A stretch of 64,000 nucleotides of DNA from Nitrospirota bacterium (GTDB lineage Bacteria > Nitrospirota > UBA9217). The DNA lies in assembly GCA_963754875.1 (NCBI GenBank), contig CAVWHO010000013.1, forward strand, positions 183,263 through 247,262, given 5' to 3'. This document shows positions 60,019 through 64,000 of the stretch, piece after piece. Position 1 is the stretch's first letter; each line of letters begins with the position of its first letter. Position numbers and translations under genes: made by a program. A model generated the notes under the pieces. That model saw only the letters and a list, made by a program, of their open reading frames with translations, had not been told where the DNA came from and searched no databases.

Positions 60019-60803
60019 TTACGCGTAGGGATTTTTTCAAAAAAACGGCGCTGGGAATCGCCGGAGCGGCTGTTCCCCTGGCTGCCCTGGAAATTGTCAA
60101 CCCCGAAAAATTGTTTGCTGAAGTCGCGGCCGAAACCACGTCCGTGCGCTGGGCGTTTCTGGTCGATACCCGCAAGTGTGTCGGCTGCGGCTTCTGTGTC
60201 AAGGCGTGCAAACTGGAAAACGAAGTGCCTTATGACGCAAACGCGACGAGGACTTGGGTCGAACGATACGTTCTGACGAAAACAGGGAAATTATACGCGG
60301 ACACGCCCAAAGGCGGACGCGATGGTTTTACGACCGCGAAGATCGATCAGAATTCCGACGGTCTCAAGGACATCAGCAGCGAAGGCATCGAGAAGGCGTT
60401 TTTCGTGCCGAAGCTCTGCAACCAGTGCGAAAATCCGCCCTGCGTCCAGGTGTGCCCCGTAGGAGCCACCTACCAAACGGCGGACGGCGTCGTGCTCGTG
60501 GACCGGACCTGGTGCATCGGGTGCGGCTACTGCATCATGGGCTGCCCCTATGGCGTCCGGTTTTTCCACCCGGTCTATCATACCGCGGAGAAATGCACGT
60601 TCTGCTACCACCGGATCACCAAGGGGTTGAAAACCGCTTGCGTGCAGGCCTGTCCCTTCGGCGCTCGCCAGATCGGCAACATTAAAGACCCGAACGACCC
60701 GGTGACACAGGTCATAAGGTCACAGCGGGTAGGCGTGTTGAAGAGTGAATACGGCACAAAACCCCAGGTTTACTACCTCGGCCTGGATGAGGAGGTCAGA
60801 TAA
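60015..60803 (+). CDS. Tat-exported NrfC/DmsB-type Fe-S protein
   Basis: TRRDFFK signal and four Cys cluster motifs. Confidence 0.92.
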   Translation: MITRRDFFKKTALGIAGAAVPLAALEIVNPEKLFAEVAAETTSVRWAFLVDTRKCVGCGFCVKACKLENEVPYDANATRTWVERYVLTKTGKLYADTPKGGRDGFTTAKIDQNSDGLKDISSEGIEKAFFVPKLCNQCENPPCVQVCPVGATYQTADGVVLVDRTWCIGCGYCIMGCPYGVRFFHPVYHTAEKCTFCYHRITKGLKTACVQACPFGARQIGNIKDPNDPVTQVIRSQRVGVLKSEYGTKPQVYYLGLDEEVR

Positions 60804-60804
60804 C

Positions 60805-62057
60805 ATGGTACACGGAGAACTTTGGACCGTAAAAGAACTGTTTGTTTTGCCGAACGAATATATTTACTGGAGCATCCAGGTCGTGATGTATCCTTTTATG
60901 ACGGGGCTCGTTGCCGGCGCCTTCGTGCTGTCGTCGCTTTACCACGTGTTCGGCATCCAGAAGCTTAAAGACATGGCGCGTTTTGCGCTGGTATTCTCTT
61001 TTGCCTTGCTTCCCTTCGCTCCTCTGCCCATCATGCTCCACCTCCAGTCGCCGTTTAGGGGCATCGAGATCTTTATGACGCCGCACTTCACCTCGGCCAT
61101 TGCCGCCTTCGGCGTTGTGTTCTTTTCCTACGGCGCCCTCGTAGCGTCGGAGCTGTGGTTCCTGTATCGCAAACACTTCGTAGAAGTGGCGCTCAAACTC
61201 CGGGAAAAGCAGGACAAAACATTGATGGAGTGGCTCGGCTACCTGCTTTTCTGTTCCCTCACGTTGGGCGTGTACGACATCAGTGAGGAGGCGCTGCACA
61301 AAGACGAAAAGGCGATCAAGTTTCTCGCAAGTCTCGGCATTCCTGTGGCCTGTTTCCTCCATGGATATGCGGGCTTTATCTTCGGATCGGTGAAAGCCAA
61401 TGCACTCTGGATGACGCCGCTTATGCCGGTCATCTTTATTATGTCCGCCATCGTGTCGGGCATCGCGCTCTGCTGCTTACCTATATCGTGACCATGGAAG
61501 GCAAGAAATTCCTGGCTCATCGCAAGAGGGCCGCGCTGGGTACGTTCCATTCAGAGCAGGAAATCAAGAGCGTTGAGATCAGTGTCGTTCAGATGACGTC
61601 CAAATACTTGCTGGCCTTCATGGTTGGCGGCGATCAGCCTCGAACTCCTGGACATCATTTTCCGGGGCTATACGGCAGTGAAGTCCTGGGACATCCTGCG
61701 AAGCGTCATCTACGAGCGCGATTTCGCCGATATCTTTATCAAGCAGTACGCGATCGGCAACCTCCTGCCGCTCATTATATTCCTCATGCCCGGGCTGACG
61801 ATACGAAGAACGGTAATCGGCACTCTCCTCGTGCTCTTCGGCGTCCTGATGATGCGGTGGAACGTCGTGATCGGCGGTCAGGCATTTTCTCTGACCTTTG
61901 CCGGATTCATGCACTATCACTTGCCTATAATCCCGCACAATTATGAGACCTTCAAAGAAGGACTTGCCGGAGCTCTAGCCATCTTCATCGGGCCTTTTGT
62001 CACTTCTGGGTCATGAGCTACATCTTCCCCGTATTCGAGTACAAAGAAGCCCATTAA
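60805..62057 (+). CDS. NrfD/PsrC-family membrane quinol-interacting subunit; about three frameshifts
   Basis: W...V.YPF.TGLVAG, HL..P.R, LHGY.GF.FG...A..LW.TP and RWNVVIGGQ. Confidence 0.88.
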
Positions 62058-62075
62058 GGTAGTCCAAAAGAATGC

Positions 62076-62106
62076 ATTCTCCCGGGAGTTTATCTCCCGG
62101 GAGAAT
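62076..62106. terminator. Strong hairpin between the two modules
   Basis: ATTCTCCCGGGAG-tttat-CTCCCGGGAGAAT (13-bp stem); no clear U tract. Confidence 0.55.
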
Positions 62107-62127
62107 ATCTCAAATTGAAAATTTAAC

Positions 62128-62169
62128 TTGCTTTCTGGGCCGTGGCTCCTTAAAATGTTGCAACATTTT
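62128..62169 (+). promoter_or_regulatory. Promoter with an overlapping 18-bp perfect palindrome
   Basis: TTGCTT-17-TAAAAT; AAAATGTTGCAACATTTT at 62152-62169. Confidence 0.6.
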
Positions 62170-62210
62170 GCTACTAAACAGCGACCTCAAACCGGAAACG
62201 GGGAAATGAT

Positions 62211-62727
62211 ATGGAAGAAAAGAAAGTAAACCGTCTATTCTGTTTTATCGCATTTATGTTTTTTGTTCTCTTTTCCGGGCATCTTTATGCTCAGGAACCG
62301 GACGTCCCGAAAAAAGTCTTCTTCCGCCCCCTCCCTTTACCCCTGGTATTTTCCCCTGCTCGCAGTGCCACCAGGGCATGCCCGTTAACAAACACCGGCG
62401 CAAACTGGAAATGCATCAGGAGATCGCGGATAATTTTAAACACATGCCTGGTGGCTGGTGTTTCGACTGCCACAACCCCGGCAACCGGGATAAGTTGCGA
62501 CTTGCGAACGGCAAACTGGTCAGTTTTGAGGAATCATATATTCTCTGCGGCCAGTGCCACGGCGTGGTCCTGCGCGACTGGGAGGTAGGGCTCCACGGCA
62601 AGAGAACGGGAATGTGGAACGGCAAAAAGAGTATCGTCTCTGCGTAAACTGCCACTGGCCTCATAATCCACCGTTCAAACCGCTCAAGCCGCTCCCGCCG
62701 CCTGTAAGGCCGAATGACATTAAGTAA
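62211..62727 (+). CDS. Exported tetraheme cytochrome c; frameshifted
   Basis: Signal peptide, then CSQCH, CFDCH, CGQCH and CVNCH read across frames. Confidence 0.82.
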
Positions 62728-62751
62728 TAAAAAAAGAGGACGAGGAAATCG

Positions 62752-63680
62752 ATGGGAAAAATTGAGAAGAAAAAAGACGGAATCCATCTCGACCGGAGGA
62801 CCCTGCTGAAAGGTGCGGCCCTGACTTGCGGCAACAGCGCTCCCCCTGAAGAATGCCGATGCTTCTTTCTGGGAGGCGTTCTTCCAGAAGCGCTTCATAG
62901 AAATGAACGATGCCGAGAAAAAGCAGGTTCTCAGCCGTCTTGAGCAGGAGTACGAAGAAAAATATAAGAAAGCGATCAAAGTGGGCGCTGAACCGCCCAT
63001 GCCGGGCGTGCTCTTCGGCTACGGACTTGATCTCTCCCGGTGCATCGGCTGCAGGCGGTGCGTCTATGCCTGCGTTGACGAGAACAATCAATCCAGGGAG
63101 CCGCAGGTCCAGTGGATCTCGGTTCTGCGGTTGAAGGAGGGCGACAAGGGGGCTGACCCTGAGGATTCGGACAGGCACTACAATCCGGACCTCGTGCCGG
63201 AGGAGGAGTATTTCTACGATGCCCGGTGCAGTGCCAGCAGTGCCGCAATCCGCCCTGCGTTCGCTAGTCTGCCCGGTACAGGCCACCTGGAAGGAGCCGG
63301 ACGGGATCGTGGTGGTCGACTACAACTGGTGCATCGGGTGCCGCTACTGTATGTCAGCCTGTCCGTACTACGCGCGTCACTTGAACTGGTCCGAGCCGGG
63401 CCGCAAGTCCGAGGAGATCAATCCGAATACGCACTACCTCGGGAACCGGCCGCGCTACAAGGGAGTGGTGGAGAAGTGCACGTTCTGCATCCAGCGTACA
63501 CGAAACGGACGATACCCCGCGTGCGTGGAGATCTGCCCGGTAGGTGCGCGAAAGTTCGGGAACCTCCTCGATCCCAACAGTGAAATCCGCTACGCGATCG
63601 AGAATAAGAGGGTGTTCCGACTGAAGGAAGATTTGAACACCAATCCCAAGTTCTATTATTTCTTCGCATACGGCAGGTAG
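62752..63680 (+). CDS. Tat-exported NrfC/DsrO-type Fe-S protein; frameshifted
   Basis: DRRTLLK signal; CIGCRRCVYAC, CQQC.NPPC, CIGCRYCMSACP and CTFC...ACVEICP. Confidence 0.85.
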
Positions 63681-63693
63681 GAGGCTCTCGCTC

Positions 63694-64000
63694 ATGGGCA
63701 CGTTGATCAAAAACTTTTTCATCGCTTTACGTCAGATATTCATCGGGAACCGCGCTTACTATCTCTGGATCGCGTTCCTGTCATTTTTCATCCTGCTCGG
63801 ACCAAGCGCCTACATTGACCAGTTCAATCGCGGCCTGATCACGACAGCCATGCGGGACCAGGTATCATGGGGATTGTTCATATCGAACTTCACCTTTCTG
63901 GTCGGTGTGGCTGCCGCCGCGGTCCTGCTCGTCGTGCCGGCGTACCTCTATCATTTTAAACCGATAAAGGAAATCGTGCTGTTTGGAGAGTTGCTGGCCA
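63694..64000 (+). CDS. NrfD/DsrP-like membrane subunit (runs off the window)
   Basis: Manual translation gives GL..TAMRDQVSWGLFISNFTFLVGVAAAAV.LV.P.Y; AGGAGG RBS. Confidence 0.85.
   Translation, partial: MGTLIKNFFIALRQIFIGNRAYYLWIAFLSFFILLGPSAYIDQFNRGLITTAMRDQVSWGLFISNFTFLVGVAAAAVLLVVPAYLYHFKPIKEIVLFGELLA

Overview
Mostly core chromosome of a GC-rich, probably anaerobic or facultative bacterium. Gene content and order suggest Nitrospirota or a Desulfobacterota-like lineage, which is an inference. In order: the end of an rnfCDGEAB operon; gcvH-lpdA; an outer-membrane beta-barrel; a second flavoprotein disulfide reductase; degP; addAB; ferredoxin-trxA-tlpA; tRNA-Gly(CCC); cobU-cobT-cobS-cobC; a TPP riboswitch with thiS-thiG-thiE-thiC-(M23)-thiD; one intact IS630; rph; a GDT1 transporter; LysR and IclR regulators; larE-purD-nif3-purE-DUF89-tsaC-phoH; VKOR-Trx, resB and ccsA; a tandem DUF1059 protein; an ABC solute-binding protein and C26 hydrolase; argF/argD; DUF401; tonB; a core methionine synthase; queF; degQ; tatB/C; mobB; hemL; atpZ-atpI; and two tandem cytochrome c/Fe-S/NrfD modules. 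Many genes, including normally essential ones, carry single-base frameshifts that are most likely long-read errors. No CRISPR array, prophage or defence island is visible. Best leads: an Rnf variant whose RnfE lacks a membrane Fe-S cysteine ligand; atpZ-atpI followed by quinol:cytochrome c modules instead of atpBE; a dispersed double-hairpin element in front of the rnfD and purD ribosome-binding sites; an unexplained ~160-nt structured element between mobB and hemL; ThiS and PurE C-terminal extensions; and several apparently leaderless genes.
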